DNA of 64,000 nt from Candidatus Multivoradales bacterium. Lineage in GTDB: Bacteria > Acidobacteriota > Thermoanaerobaculia > Multivoradales > Multivoraceae. Under the pieces are notes generated by a model, which was not told where the DNA came from, did not search any database, and was given only the letters and a program-made list of their open reading frames with translations. The stretch spans positions 512,001-576,000 of the forward strand of contig CBDCWI010000001.1 of the NCBI GenBank assembly GCA_965223325.1, written 5' to 3'. Below are positions 31,247 through 40,599 of this stretch, one piece after another; the stretch's first letter is position 1, and each line of letters begins with the position of its first letter. A program made the translations under genes and the position numbers.

Positions 31247-32173
31247 CTATGGATCGAGCAGCGTCGCGAGCGCTTCGTGGCCGGCGTGGCGGGCCCAACC
31301 CGCCGGGGGACTCGAATGAACGGGATCCTTCTTCGCCCCGTCGGCACCCTCCTCGAGCAGCCAAAGAGCCATCTCCGACCACCCCGCCCAGGCGGCGGCG
31401 TGGAGAGGCGTGACCTCGGCCGGCCCCCAGAAGCGCAAACCGTTGATGTCTGCCCCCTCGGCGAGCGCCCAGCGCGCAACCTCGAGCTCGCCGTTGACGG
31501 CGGCGGCCAGCAGAACATCCTGGAGGAGATCGGCTGGCGTTGTTGTCGTCCGCCCGGGCCGATGATGTTGCATGTAGCGGTCGGCGAGAGGTCGCGGCGT
31601 TCCGCCGTTCCAGAACTCCCGAACCACCTCCAGGTCGCCGAAGCAGGCCGCAAAGCACATGTCGACCTGATGACCCTGCCGAAGGAGGAGCGCGGCTGCT
31701 TCGCGCTGCCGCGGGCTCTCGACGACGTGGTAAAGCGCACCCCACATCAAGCTGCCCGACCCGGTGGCATCGATCGCCGCGCCCCGTTCCACGAGCAGGT
31801 CGAAGAGTGCTTCGGTGTGGCCTCGCTCGAGAGCCTGACGCCCCGACACCAGGAGCCCGAGGGTGGTTGCGCCACCGCTGTTGGGCTGCACCGGGCCACC
31901 GCCGCAGGGTGCATCGACTGCTGCGCCGGCGTCGAGCAGAAGGCGGGTGACGTCGGTGACGTTCTCGGGCATTGACCGCTCGCGGTACGGGTTCCCCGCC
32001 GTGTGGTGCAGGAGCGTCGCACCATGGAAATAGCCTTCGTACGGCGGCTCTTTGCCGGGAGCACGCGCGTGTGCCAGGGCAGGGGAACTGGCAAGGAGAC
32101 GCTCTAGGGCTTCACAGTCGCCAGCATCGACTGCGGCCAGTGCGCTTCGCCAGCTCGGTTCCCGATTCGCCAC
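31247..32173 (-). CDS. Ankyrin-repeat protein
   Basis: ATLLH...LLLDAGAAVD, LAEGADIN and TPLHAAAW...LLEEGAD repeats. GTG start inferred. Confidence 0.85.
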   Translation of the reverse strand: MANREPSWRSALAAVDAGDCEALERLLASSPALAHARAPGKEPPYEGYFHGATLLHHTAGNPYRERSMPENVTDVTRLLLDAGAAVDAPCGGGPVQPNSGGATTLGLLVSGRQALERGHTEALFDLLVERGAAIDATGSGSLMWGALYHVVESPRQREAAALLLRQGHQVDMCFAACFGDLEVVREFWNGGTPRPLADRYMQHHRPGRTTTTPADLLQDVLLAAAVNGELEVARWALAEGADINGLRFWGPAEVTPLHAAAWAGWSEMALWLLEEGADGAKKDPVHSSPPAGWARHAGHEALATLLDP

Positions 32174-32312
32174 CGATGACCCCTCCTTCGCTGTCGACGT
32201 TTGGTTGCAGTGATCTTGACACCCCCTTTGATCTTCCTCGGGTAACCTTCGCGGCAACCATGCTTCAGGGTCCCCCACTCCTCCTTTCCGGCCATCGCGA
32301 GGAAACGACTCG

Positions 32313-33038
32313 TTGATCGTCACCATCCTCGGGCTGGGCTTTGTGATCGGCCTTCAACACGCGTTCGAGGCCGATCACCTGGCAGCGGTTTCGGCTCTTA
32401 TCGCGCAGGACGGCAGCAAGGGGAAGTTTCCCTACGCATTGGCACGCCAGGGAGCGCTGTGGGGACTCGGTCACACGATCGCCTTGCTGCTCATCACGGC
32501 GGCGGTTCTGTTCACTCCGTTCGAGCTCGGCGCAGAGCACGCTCTCACCCTCGAACGCCTGGTCGGCGTCATGTTGATTGTCCTGGGAGTGAGGGTCATC
32601 TTCCGCCTGGTCCAAGACCGCGTTCACGTTCACGTGCACCAACACCGTGACGGCACCAGGCATTTTCATGCCCACAGTCACCGCCACGACACCGAAGACC
32701 ATGGCCAGAGTCGCCACGACCACGCCCACCCCGGTCAGCCGGGCAGGGCTGCTGCCTTGGTTGGCCTCGCCCATGGCGCCGCCGGCTCGGCCGCGATGCT
32801 GGTGCTGGTCGCCGCGGCCTTCGAGTCGCCGATCGGCGGAATGCTCTATGTCCTGGTCTTCGGCCTCGGGTCGATTCTCGGGATGACTGCGTTGACCGCC
32901 GTCATGTCGGTCCCGTTAGCTGCGACTGCGCAGAACCTGACCTGGGCGAACAACACCCTCCTCATAGCGGTCGGCCTGGTCTCGATTGCCGTTGGTGTTC
33001 AGCTGGTAGCGGGCATCGGCCTCGGCCCCATCGGCTGA
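32313..33038 (+). CDS. NiCoT/UreH-like nickel-cobalt transporter with His-rich loop
   Basis: HAFEADHLAAV, WGLGHT, HVHVHQH...HFHAHSH and GLAHGAAGSA. Confidence 0.85.
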   Translation: MIVTILGLGFVIGLQHAFEADHLAAVSALIAQDGSKGKFPYALARQGALWGLGHTIALLLITAAVLFTPFELGAEHALTLERLVGVMLIVLGVRVIFRLVQDRVHVHVHQHRDGTRHFHAHSHRHDTEDHGQSRHDHAHPGQPGRAAALVGLAHGAAGSAAMLVLVAAAFESPIGGMLYVLVFGLGSILGMTALTAVMSVPLAATAQNLTWANNTLLIAVGLVSIAVGVQLVAGIGLGPIG

Positions 33039-33211
33039 TCAGGCCCCCGCCCAAGGCGCCGCACCTCCAAAAGACCCCTACGTTGGAACTTTCTCGTTCC
33101 GATTGCTACACCCCGTGGTCTAACCCAATGGAGACCGGGCTCGACCGAGCCGCGGCCCCGGGGACTCAGTGGCCTCGGGATGTCCCACCCACCTCAGAAG
33201 GAAGCAGCGCC

Positions 33212-34648
33212 ATGTCTCGACTCCTCACCGTCCTCCTCGTGATCGTTCTCGCCTTTCTGTTCAGACCACCACTCGAGGCAACCCCCGCCGAGGATGGAGG
33301 CCTGTCCGGCAAACGATCAAGTACGACAGAGGAGCCGAACACCGGCCACGAGAGCTCGGTCTCCGCTGTTCCAACGGCTCGTCACGACGACGATGATGAT
33401 GACGAGGATGACGACGACAACAGCGGCCCTGGCAATCACGACGACGATGATGACGATGACGACAACAGCGGCCCCGGCAATCACGACGACGACGATGACG
33501 ACGACGACGACAACAACGACGGTGGCGACGACGACGCCCCCCGCCAGGGTCTCTTCAAGTTCGGCCAGCGCAGCTTTCTGGTGTCTGAAGCCGCCGGCCT
33601 GGCCACCATCACCGTCGAACGTTCAAAGGGCGAAGACGGCGCGGTCAGCGTCTCCTACACCACCCGTTCGGGTTCGGCCGAGAGTCCCGCGGACTATCAG
33701 GAAACCTCCGGCACCCTCACGTGGGCAAATGGCGACGGTTCCGACCGCAGCTTCACCATCCCGATCGAGAACGACGGCGTGGCCGAAGATTCCGAGACCG
33801 TCGAGCTCCTCCTCGAGGCGCCAACCGGTGGCGCAATCCTCGACAGCGAGCGGGCCCAGGCCGTGCTCACGATTCTCGACGCCGACGGCGGCGTCGGTGG
33901 TGGCAACCCGCCTCCGGGTGGCGACGACAACGAACGGCCCGGCACCCTCAAGTTCGATTTCCGCGAGTTCTCAACCATCGAGAACGCCGCCGAAGTCACC
34001 ATCGCGGTCGACCGCTCGAGGGGAGAACGCGGCGTGGTGACGGTGCGCTACAACACGCTCGACGAAAGCGCGGTAGCGGGAGAAGACTACGTCGCAACCA
34101 GCGGGATTCTCTCCTGGGCGGCGGGTGACGGCAGCGCAAAGACGTTCTCGGTGCCACTGCTCGACGACTCGACCTTAGAAGGCAACGAGACCTTCCGGGT
34201 CGAACTCAGCGGTGCGACTGGCGGAGCGGGAATCGATCCCACCCGCGGTTCTGCGCCGGTACAAATCATCGACAATGACGCCGCCCGGACGCGATGCACA
34301 GCCAACGCGACGACCCTATGCCTCCTTGGTGGCGAGCTCGCCGTCGAGATTCGCTGGACGACCAAGCGCGGACAAAGCGGACGCGGTCAGGCAAGGCGGC
34401 TGAGTGAGAAGAGCGGACTGTTCTGGTTCTTTGACCGTGACAACTTCGAGATGCTCGTCAAGGCGGTCGACGGCTGCCGCATCTCGGGGAGCCGTTGGCT
34501 CTACTTCTCGGGCACGACTGATGTCGGATACACCGTCCGGGTCACCGAGTCAGCAACCGGCCTCGCCCGCGAGTATCGAAACGTCACCGGGCAGCTCGCA
34601 CTGCCGGTCGCCGACACCGCGACGTTCCGTGGATGTGCCACACGCTGA
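33212..34648 (+). CDS. Secreted Calx-beta domain protein with Asp-rich N-terminus
   Basis: Two Calx-beta repeats (DYQETSGTLTW / DYVATSGILSW...I-x-D-x-D); C-terminal FWFFDRDNFEMLVKAVDGC domain. Confidence 0.85.
   Translation: MSRLLTVLLVIVLAFLFRPPLEATPAEDGGLSGKRSSTTEEPNTGHESSVSAVPTARHDDDDDDEDDDDNSGPGNHDDDDDDDDNSGPGNHDDDDDDDDDNNDGGDDDAPRQGLFKFGQRSFLVSEAAGLATITVERSKGEDGAVSVSYTTRSGSAESPADYQETSGTLTWANGDGSDRSFTIPIENDGVAEDSETVELLLEAPTGGAILDSERAQAVLTILDADGGVGGGNPPPGGDDNERPGTLKFDFREFSTIENAAEVTIAVDRSRGERGVVTVRYNTLDESAVAGEDYVATSGILSWAAGDGSAKTFSVPLLDDSTLEGNETFRVELSGATGGAGIDPTRGSAPVQIIDNDAARTRCTANATTLCLLGGELAVEIRWTTKRGQSGRGQARRLSEKSGLFWFFDRDNFEMLVKAVDGCRISGSRWLYFSGTTDVGYTVRVTESATGLAREYRNVTGQLALPVADTATFRGCATR
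33383..33536 (+). repeat. Low-complexity GAC/GAT tract with two ~48-bp tandem units encoding DDNSGPGNHDDDDDDD
   Basis: GACAACAGCGGCCC(T/C)GGCAATCACGACGAC occurs twice within poly-Asp codons. Confidence 0.85.
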
Positions 34649-34713
34649 AGTGCCGCGGAATCCCGACTGCGGGCCGCGGCGCTCATGCGTCGCGGTCCGG
34701 TAGGGTTCCAGGT

Positions 34714-35367
34714 GTGCACTCCAGCGACGACGATAACGAGCGCCATGAGCACCTTTCGGACGAAGAACTGCTGCGCCTGGCCAGGCGCGACGATGCTTCT
34801 GAGAAGGAGCGGCATGACATCTACGGAATGCTTTACGCCCGGCACTACCAGCGCCTCGCTACCTGGTGTCTACGGTTTTCGGCCGGCGACGAGACCGATG
34901 CCGCTGACCTCGCCCAGGACACCGTGCTCAGGGCGCACCGAGCGATCGATCGATTTTCGGGCCAGAGCAGTTTCGGGACGTGGTTGTACACCATTGCACG
35001 TCGGGCGGCGATCAACCGCAGTGCCACCCGCGCTCGCCGACCGACCGCCCGCCTGGACGACGAGTTGCTGGCCGAGTTCACGACTCGGGCGAAAGGTGGG
35101 TCAGATCCTTCACCCGAAGAAGCGATCGATCGGCGCGCCCGAGTCAGCTGGCTACGGCGTTCCATGGCCCAACATCTCGAGCCCCTCGAACAACGAATCA
35201 TCTATCTCCACTACCACCACGCCATGAGTCTGCCCGAGATCACCCACACGCTCGAGCTCGAGAACCGCTCAGGCGCCAAGGCCTACCTGGTCAGCGCACA
35301 ACGCAAGCTCAAGCAGGTTCTGGCACGTGATCGTCACCGTCCTGGAAGCGGGGTGCACAATGCATGA
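34714..35367 (+). CDS. ECF sigma-70 factor
   Basis: DAADLAQDTVLRA...FSGQSSFGTWLYTIAR; region 4-like MSLPEIT. Start uncertain. Confidence 0.88.
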   Translation: MHSSDDDNERHEHLSDEELLRLARRDDASEKERHDIYGMLYARHYQRLATWCLRFSAGDETDAADLAQDTVLRAHRAIDRFSGQSSFGTWLYTIARRAAINRSATRARRPTARLDDELLAEFTTRAKGGSDPSPEEAIDRRARVSWLRRSMAQHLEPLEQRIIYLHYHHAMSLPEITHTLELENRSGAKAYLVSAQRKLKQVLARDRHRPGSGVHNA

Positions 35368-36064
35368 CACGTCGATGTGCCCCGAACTCGAGGCCATGAT
35401 CGCCTACGCACTCGATCCCGAGACGACCAGCCACAAAGAGCAGCTCGCCGCGCGGGCGCATCTCGAGTCCTGTGGAGTCTGTGCGGCCGAGTTCGCGCTC
35501 GCCCGGAAGATCGACGCGCCTCCAGTCGCTACCGAGTCGGCGGCCGTCGAGCGCCTCACGCGGCAGTTGGAAAACGCTCATCTCATAGCGGCGCCCAGGC
35601 GCCCTGATGTCGCGCGGCTGGCGTGGGTCCTACCGCTCGCGGCAAGTCTGCTGCTCGCGATCATCGCTCTACCCCGCTGGATCGGACAAGCTGAGCCTCC
35701 GGCTCTGCCAGACCGTCCAGCAGAATCGAGCTTGCGTGGCGCCGGGTTGGAAACCCTCGAACCACAGGGCGACCTGACCGCTGCACCGCATCTCCTGCGC
35801 TGGTCGGTGTGGGAGGGCGCGTCGGCAGCAGAAGAGGTGCGGTACCGCGCCGTCGTTTCGCGGCCCTCTGCCCTCGCCTTCTGGCAATGCTCTACGACCG
35901 ATCTGCATTGCCGCCTTCCCGATTCTGCTGCCGGCTTCCCTTTGATCGAAGGCGTTCGGTACTCCTGGCACGTCGAGGTCCTGGATCGAGAGGGCAGCGT
36001 CCTTCTGACCTCCGAGCCAACAGATTTTCATTGGAGCAGTGAATCCAACGGAGCTCCGCCATGA
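35360..36064 (+). CDS. zf-HC2 anti-sigma factor with TM and periplasmic Ig-like domain
   Basis: HLESCGVC; TM WVLPLAASLLLAII; LRG...P-x-G...W...Y-x-W-x-V pattern. Confidence 0.8.
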   Translation: MHDTSMCPELEAMIAYALDPETTSHKEQLAARAHLESCGVCAAEFALARKIDAPPVATESAAVERLTRQLENAHLIAAPRRPDVARLAWVLPLAASLLLAIIALPRWIGQAEPPALPDRPAESSLRGAGLETLEPQGDLTAAPHLLRWSVWEGASAAEEVRYRAVVSRPSALAFWQCSTTDLHCRLPDSAAGFPLIEGVRYSWHVEVLDREGSVLLTSEPTDFHWSSESNGAPP

Positions 36065-37131
36065 CCAGGTCGATCTGGGCGGCGCTCGGCGTCTCTTTGT
36101 TCCTGCTCGCGGCGTCGATCCGGCCCGCGTCGCCGGCCTGGGGCGCCGAAGCCCTGACTCTGCGCCTGGAAGACATCGACGCCCGCGCGGGCGAGACGAT
36201 GGTTCTGGTGGTTCGCACCTACACACCCAAGCCTGTCGGCTCGGGCCAGATGTGCATCCGGCTCCGCCGCCGTGCTCGCCGCGCCGCCCCATCTCCCCTG
36301 GAGCACGTTGCCGGACCGACCAGGCGAGGAACGTCTTCGGTTATCGAGTCCATCGACTCGGTCGTCGTCTTCACTCCAGAAGGCGACGCAGCGGTTTCGT
36401 CAGAGCTGTTGGTCGGCTCAGAGGGCGAGGAAATCGTGCTCGAATTCACTTCGGCAAGCGCTGGCATCAACGCCGAGGACGGCCCCATGCTCGCCATCGT
36501 CGCGCAGCTCGCTGCCGGTGCGGTGGCAGGCGATGAGGTCGAGATCGAGGTCGACGCGGCCCAGACTTTCTTGGTTGACGACCAGGACCAAGCCATTCCG
36601 CTTCGCCTTCGTGCGGGGGAGCTCACCGTTCTAGGCATTACCGAACCGACCGAGGTAGCGCTCGAGCTCGAAAGCCTGACCGCCGACTTCGCTCTCCTCA
36701 CGGTCGAAACCCAAGAGAGCCTGCTGTTGGCCGATGGCAGCCTCGAAATCGACATCCCGGGTGAGATGCTCTCCGGGCCTCCACAGGCTTCGATTCCGAC
36801 CCAACAGGGTATGGCCAGCGTCTCGATGTCGAGGAAGGGTGGCGACACCTACAGCATTGACTTCAGTGTGCTCCCCGATTCTCCGCTGCGCTTTGGCGAG
36901 CTGCCTGGCGACCTGCTCTTGATCGAGCTGCCGCTCGCCGACGGCCCCAGGTCATCGGCCGAACTTCACTTCGACCCCGCGAACAGCAGCCTGTTTGCGA
37001 TCGGCGAGGGCAAGCTGAATCTGGACCTGGAGCAGGGAGTCTCCTTGACGACCGGCGGCGGCCTGTTGTTCAGCAACGGTTTCGAGAGCCGTGCGGATCC
37101 CTCAGAGTGGTCCAAGAGCGTGGAGCGCTAG
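36061..37131 (+). CDS. Secreted beta-rich (cohesin/Ig-like) protein with C-terminal NGFE motif
   Basis: Signal peptide; acidic and beta-rich; ends LLFSNGFESRADPSEWSKSVER. Confidence 0.6.
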   Translation: MTRSIWAALGVSLFLLAASIRPASPAWGAEALTLRLEDIDARAGETMVLVVRTYTPKPVGSGQMCIRLRRRARRAAPSPLEHVAGPTRRGTSSVIESIDSVVVFTPEGDAAVSSELLVGSEGEEIVLEFTSASAGINAEDGPMLAIVAQLAAGAVAGDEVEIEVDAAQTFLVDDQDQAIPLRLRAGELTVLGITEPTEVALELESLTADFALLTVETQESLLLADGSLEIDIPGEMLSGPPQASIPTQQGMASVSMSRKGGDTYSIDFSVLPDSPLRFGELPGDLLLIELPLADGPRSSAELHFDPANSSLFAIGEGKLNLDLEQGVSLTTGGGLLFSNGFESRADPSEWSKSVER

Positions 37132-37183
37132 CACCAAGATCCCGAAAGGGACGCTGTGATCGCCGCCTTTCTGGTCTAGGCCT

Positions 37184-39709
37184 CTAGCGTCGAGTGACGA
37201 CGAGCAAAGCCAGCAGGGCGGCAAGCGACAGCACAACAATCATCGGAACCGTCCAGCGGACGGAACGCTCCGGCGTGAGACGAACGTTCTCGCCAATCAG
37301 CACCCACCCGGCCCAATCGACGGGATCCTCGAAGCGAGGGTCAGCGCGCAAGGCGCGCTGGGCTTTCTGGAGCGCGGTAGCCGCCGCCTCACCGCGACCG
37401 AGGTGCCAGTAGAAGCGCTCGACCAGCGCCTGGGTCGCAATGTCGTCGACATCCCAGAGGGAAGCGACGATAGAACGTGAACCTGCAGCCAGAAAGGCAC
37501 CGCCGAGAGTTTCGAGAACGCCGCTCGAGCGGCCCAGGGCACTCGAGCAGGCAGCTAGAACGGTCAGTTCTGTGGCGAGGTCGAGGTCGGCAATCTCAGC
37601 GCCGCCCAGACGACCCTCAGGATGAGCTGCATCAGCGGCTAGCCAGATCTCAGGTTCTCCTAGAAGACCCGCCGCCGAACGAGCGTGTGCAGCGATATGG
37701 AGAACGTCGACAGGCGGGGCCAGGGCGATCGCGCTTGGGTTCGCCGCGCTACCACGCGAGATGAGAGCGCGACCGCCCAGCCAACGTTCGGCGGCTGCCA
37801 CCTCGGCTTCTGCTCCAGGGAGCGCCGGCACGATTTCACCGGTCGGCGCTCGCGCTTCGTCTCCCGGAACAATCGCCAGCAGTCGCACCGCGGACTCCAC
37901 CTCGACGCTCGAGGGCTCCACTCTGTAGGCCGACGGCCGATAGAGAATCGTCACACCATCGACAAGGAAGCCACCTGAATCTCGAGCCGCCTCGACGGGC
38001 CGTGGCAAGAGAACAAAGGGCAACTCGCGCAACGCCAGGTCGGGCGAGATGACCAGCGCCTCGTCGTCAACGGCCTGCCATAGCGCGTCCGGAAGGAGCT
38101 GCCCCGCCAACCAGGCAAGGTCCAGCGAAGCGACCGCGTTCGCTCGCACGGCCGCGGCGACACTCAGTGCCCGCTCCATCACCGCAGCACTCGGCCCGAG
38201 GTCGAACACAGAGACGCCCGCGTCTCGATGAACGAAAACCAGAAGGCGCTCACCGGTTTGAAAGTAGTCGAGGACCACTTCTCGGGATCTGCCGTTGCCA
38301 GCCCGGCGGGTGCCAGGCGCGAGCGGCCCCCCGGTCTCGGTGCGGGTCACCAGGGCGCGATCCTTCGCACGCGACGCAAGATCGGCCGCCCGCTCCACCT
38401 GCGACGAGCTGTCGGCCAGGAGCACGCTCACGAACTCCTCGTACACCCCGCGCGACGCCACCAGGTAGCGGTGTCGACGCACGGTCGCCTCGATGCGCTC
38501 GCCCACATTCTCGATCTCGGCGGTTGCCCGCTCGAGGCGCTCGATCGCCGAGGCAAACGAACCGTCCTGGCGGTCACAGCGCGCGAGACCAAACTCGGCC
38601 GACCAGACTCCGGCCGCCGACTGCAACCCCTCGGACAACGCGAGGGTGCGCTCGAAGACCGGACGCGCACGCTCGCAGTCGCCCAGCCGCCAGAGGACCT
38701 CACCGCGGTTCCAGGAAGCTTCGATCTCGAGGACGGGATCGGCGGCCATGCGTGCCGCGTTCTCCACCCTCTCGAGCGACCGCCAGGCCGCGCCGAGATC
38801 GACGCGATCATGGAGCGCCACCTGGGCCCGGTTCATCTCGACGGTGGCGACGCCAAGCCGATCGCCGAGCCGCTCGTAGAGCTGTTCCGCTCGCTCGAAG
38901 TCTTCGAGCGCCGCGGCCCAGTCTCCGAGGTTGCGCAACACCACTCCCCGATTCAAGCGAGCCGCAGCCAGGACGTCGATCGTGACGGACTCTGAAGGCG
39001 CACCCAGAAGGGAGTCGAGCCGCTCCAGGGCGTCTTCGTACGAGCCAACTCTCTCGAGAACGATCGCCATGTTGAGCTGCGCCTCGGCCAGGCGTTGCGG
39101 TGACTCTAGACGCGCAAGAGACTGAGCGCGCTCGAGATTGCGCAGTGCCGATCCGTAACGTCCCATTCGCTCGTCGAGGACTCCGAGGTTGACCAGATTC
39201 GCCATCTCGCCGTCCCGATCGCGGGCGCTCCGGTTGCGTTCGAGCGCCTCGGCCAGGAGAACACGCGCTTCTTCTAATCGCCCGACTCCGCGCAGTGCAA
39301 TCGCCAGGTTGTTGACGCTCCGCGCAACCCCGGAGTCAGGAGCCTCAGCGGACTGCTCGAGCCGACGACGGATTCGGACCGCCGCCTGGCAGTCCGAAAC
39401 GGCTTCGGCGTGGCGCGTCAAGGCGTTGAGAGCCACGCAAGCGTTGTTTCGCGCACGGCCCGCCTCCCCCGCCAGGCCTTCTCTTTCGGCTCTGGTCGCA
39501 GCGCCCTGAAAGATCTCCACTGCCTCTTCGAGTCGACCGGCCGCGTAGGCTGCCAGGCCATCGTCGACGAGAGCGCGCACCGGCGGCCGTTCCTCCTCGG
39601 CATGCCCCGCGTGCCCGGCCAAAACAAAGAGACCAGAAGCCAAGATCCCGGTCAGGAACTGGCCTGTCAGGCCCTCGAGGCCCAGGCTCGCGAGAGAGGG
39701 ACGGTGCAC
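37184..39709 (-). CDS. TPR-CHAT (caspase-like) domain protein with C-terminal TM
   Basis: TPRs (SVNNLAIAL, LVNLGVL, RLNRGVVL); CHAT motifs LHIAAHA, VLAACSS, ASLWDVDD and WAGWVLIG. Confidence 0.9.
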   Translation of the reverse strand: MHRPSLASLGLEGLTGQFLTGILASGLFVLAGHAGHAEEERPPVRALVDDGLAAYAAGRLEEAVEIFQGAATRAEREGLAGEAGRARNNACVALNALTRHAEAVSDCQAAVRIRRRLEQSAEAPDSGVARSVNNLAIALRGVGRLEEARVLLAEALERNRSARDRDGEMANLVNLGVLDERMGRYGSALRNLERAQSLARLESPQRLAEAQLNMAIVLERVGSYEDALERLDSLLGAPSESVTIDVLAAARLNRGVVLRNLGDWAAALEDFERAEQLYERLGDRLGVATVEMNRAQVALHDRVDLGAAWRSLERVENAARMAADPVLEIEASWNRGEVLWRLGDCERARPVFERTLALSEGLQSAAGVWSAEFGLARCDRQDGSFASAIERLERATAEIENVGERIEATVRRHRYLVASRGVYEEFVSVLLADSSSQVERAADLASRAKDRALVTRTETGGPLAPGTRRAGNGRSREVVLDYFQTGERLLVFVHRDAGVSVFDLGPSAAVMERALSVAAAVRANAVASLDLAWLAGQLLPDALWQAVDDEALVISPDLALRELPFVLLPRPVEAARDSGGFLVDGVTILYRPSAYRVEPSSVEVESAVRLLAIVPGDEARAPTGEIVPALPGAEAEVAAAERWLGGRALISRGSAANPSAIALAPPVDVLHIAAHARSAAGLLGEPEIWLAADAAHPEGRLGGAEIADLDLATELTVLAACSSALGRSSGVLETLGGAFLAAGSRSIVASLWDVDDIATQALVERFYWHLGRGEAAATALQKAQRALRADPRFEDPVDWAGWVLIGENVRLTPERSVRWTVPMIVVLSLAALLALLVVTRR

Positions 39710-39727
39710 CGGTCGACTCGAGAGGCT

Positions 39728-40342
39728 TCAGCCGTCGGCCATCGCCTGGGCGCCGCGCATGATCATGCGCACCTCGACGATGATGCGCTCCGCGACCGCC
39801 GGGCGCTCCTCGGGCGGCAGGTCGAGCGATGCAACCCCGAGGTTGAAGGCGACGGTCACCATCGCCTCGGCGGCGTGATGAGGATGGAGAATCGGCCGAT
39901 CGGTAGCTTCGGCCTCGCGCACCAGATCCTCGGCCAGGTCGTCGGCGAAGCGACTGATCTCCTTCGAGATCGCCCGCCTGAACTCGGGGGTGTTGCCTGC
40001 TCCTTCACCCAGCAGCAGCCGAAACTGGTGCGGCTCCTGACTGGCGAACTCCATGAACGTGTTGATGCAGTTCGAGATCACGTTGCGGTTGCCGTGCTCG
40101 TCGACCCGATGACGCGCCTCACGCACCAGTTGACGGAGGGACATACCGACCTGGTCGACCAGCGCCAGGCCGAGGTCGTCGATCGAGCGGAAGTGCCGGT
40201 AGAAGCTCGCCGGAGCGATTCCTGCCTCGTTGGCCACCGCCCTCAGGCTGAGGCTCGAGACGCCGCGCTCGGCGCTCAGGCGCAGGGCGGCAGCCATGAT
40301 GCTGTTGCGGGTGGCTTCCTTCTGATCGGCGCGCGTCGTCAT
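39728..40342 (-). CDS. fabR: TetR-family regulator, FabR/DesT-like
   Basis: SLSLRAVANEAGIAPASFYRHFRSIDDLGLALVD closely resembles the FabR HTH; divergent from pfaD. Confidence 0.75.
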   Translation of the reverse strand: MTTRADQKEATRNSIMAAALRLSAERGVSSLSLRAVANEAGIAPASFYRHFRSIDDLGLALVDQVGMSLRQLVREARHRVDEHGNRNVISNCINTFMEFASQEPHQFRLLLGEGAGNTPEFRRAISKEISRFADDLAEDLVREAEATDRPILHPHHAAEAMVTVAFNLGVASLDLPPEERPAVAERIIVEVRMIMRGAQAMADG

Positions 40343-40485
40343 GCTGATATCGCTTCTTTGAGACTCCGGCGGCCCAGCATAACCGGGCCTCCGTCGGGCC
40401 CACCGCTCAGTGAACAGTCGATTCGTTGTGAGATTCCATGTTTTTCGACCTGATCCCGCATTCTTCGTCTGCTGTCTGCTAGTTT

Positions 40486-40505
40486 CAGCGAACAATTGTT
40501 CGCTG
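40486..40505. promoter_or_regulatory. Perfect 20-bp palindrome, FabR-type operator
   Basis: CAGCGAACAATTGTTCGCTG in the fabR-pfaD intergenic region; resembles the FabR AGCG(T/A)ACA-N2-TGT(A/T)CGCT box. Confidence 0.8.
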
Positions 40506-40599
40506 GCCCGGGAAACCGACCACCGCATCCGACTGCAGGGCGCTCTGCGCCGGCTAGCCCCTCTCACTCCCCATCGTCCTCGAGGGACCCCCCACCAAT

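Noticed and set aside
37140-37151. TCCC-GAAA-GGGA hairpin between convergent genes as a terminator
   Set aside because: Only a 4-bp stem with no adjacent U-tract.
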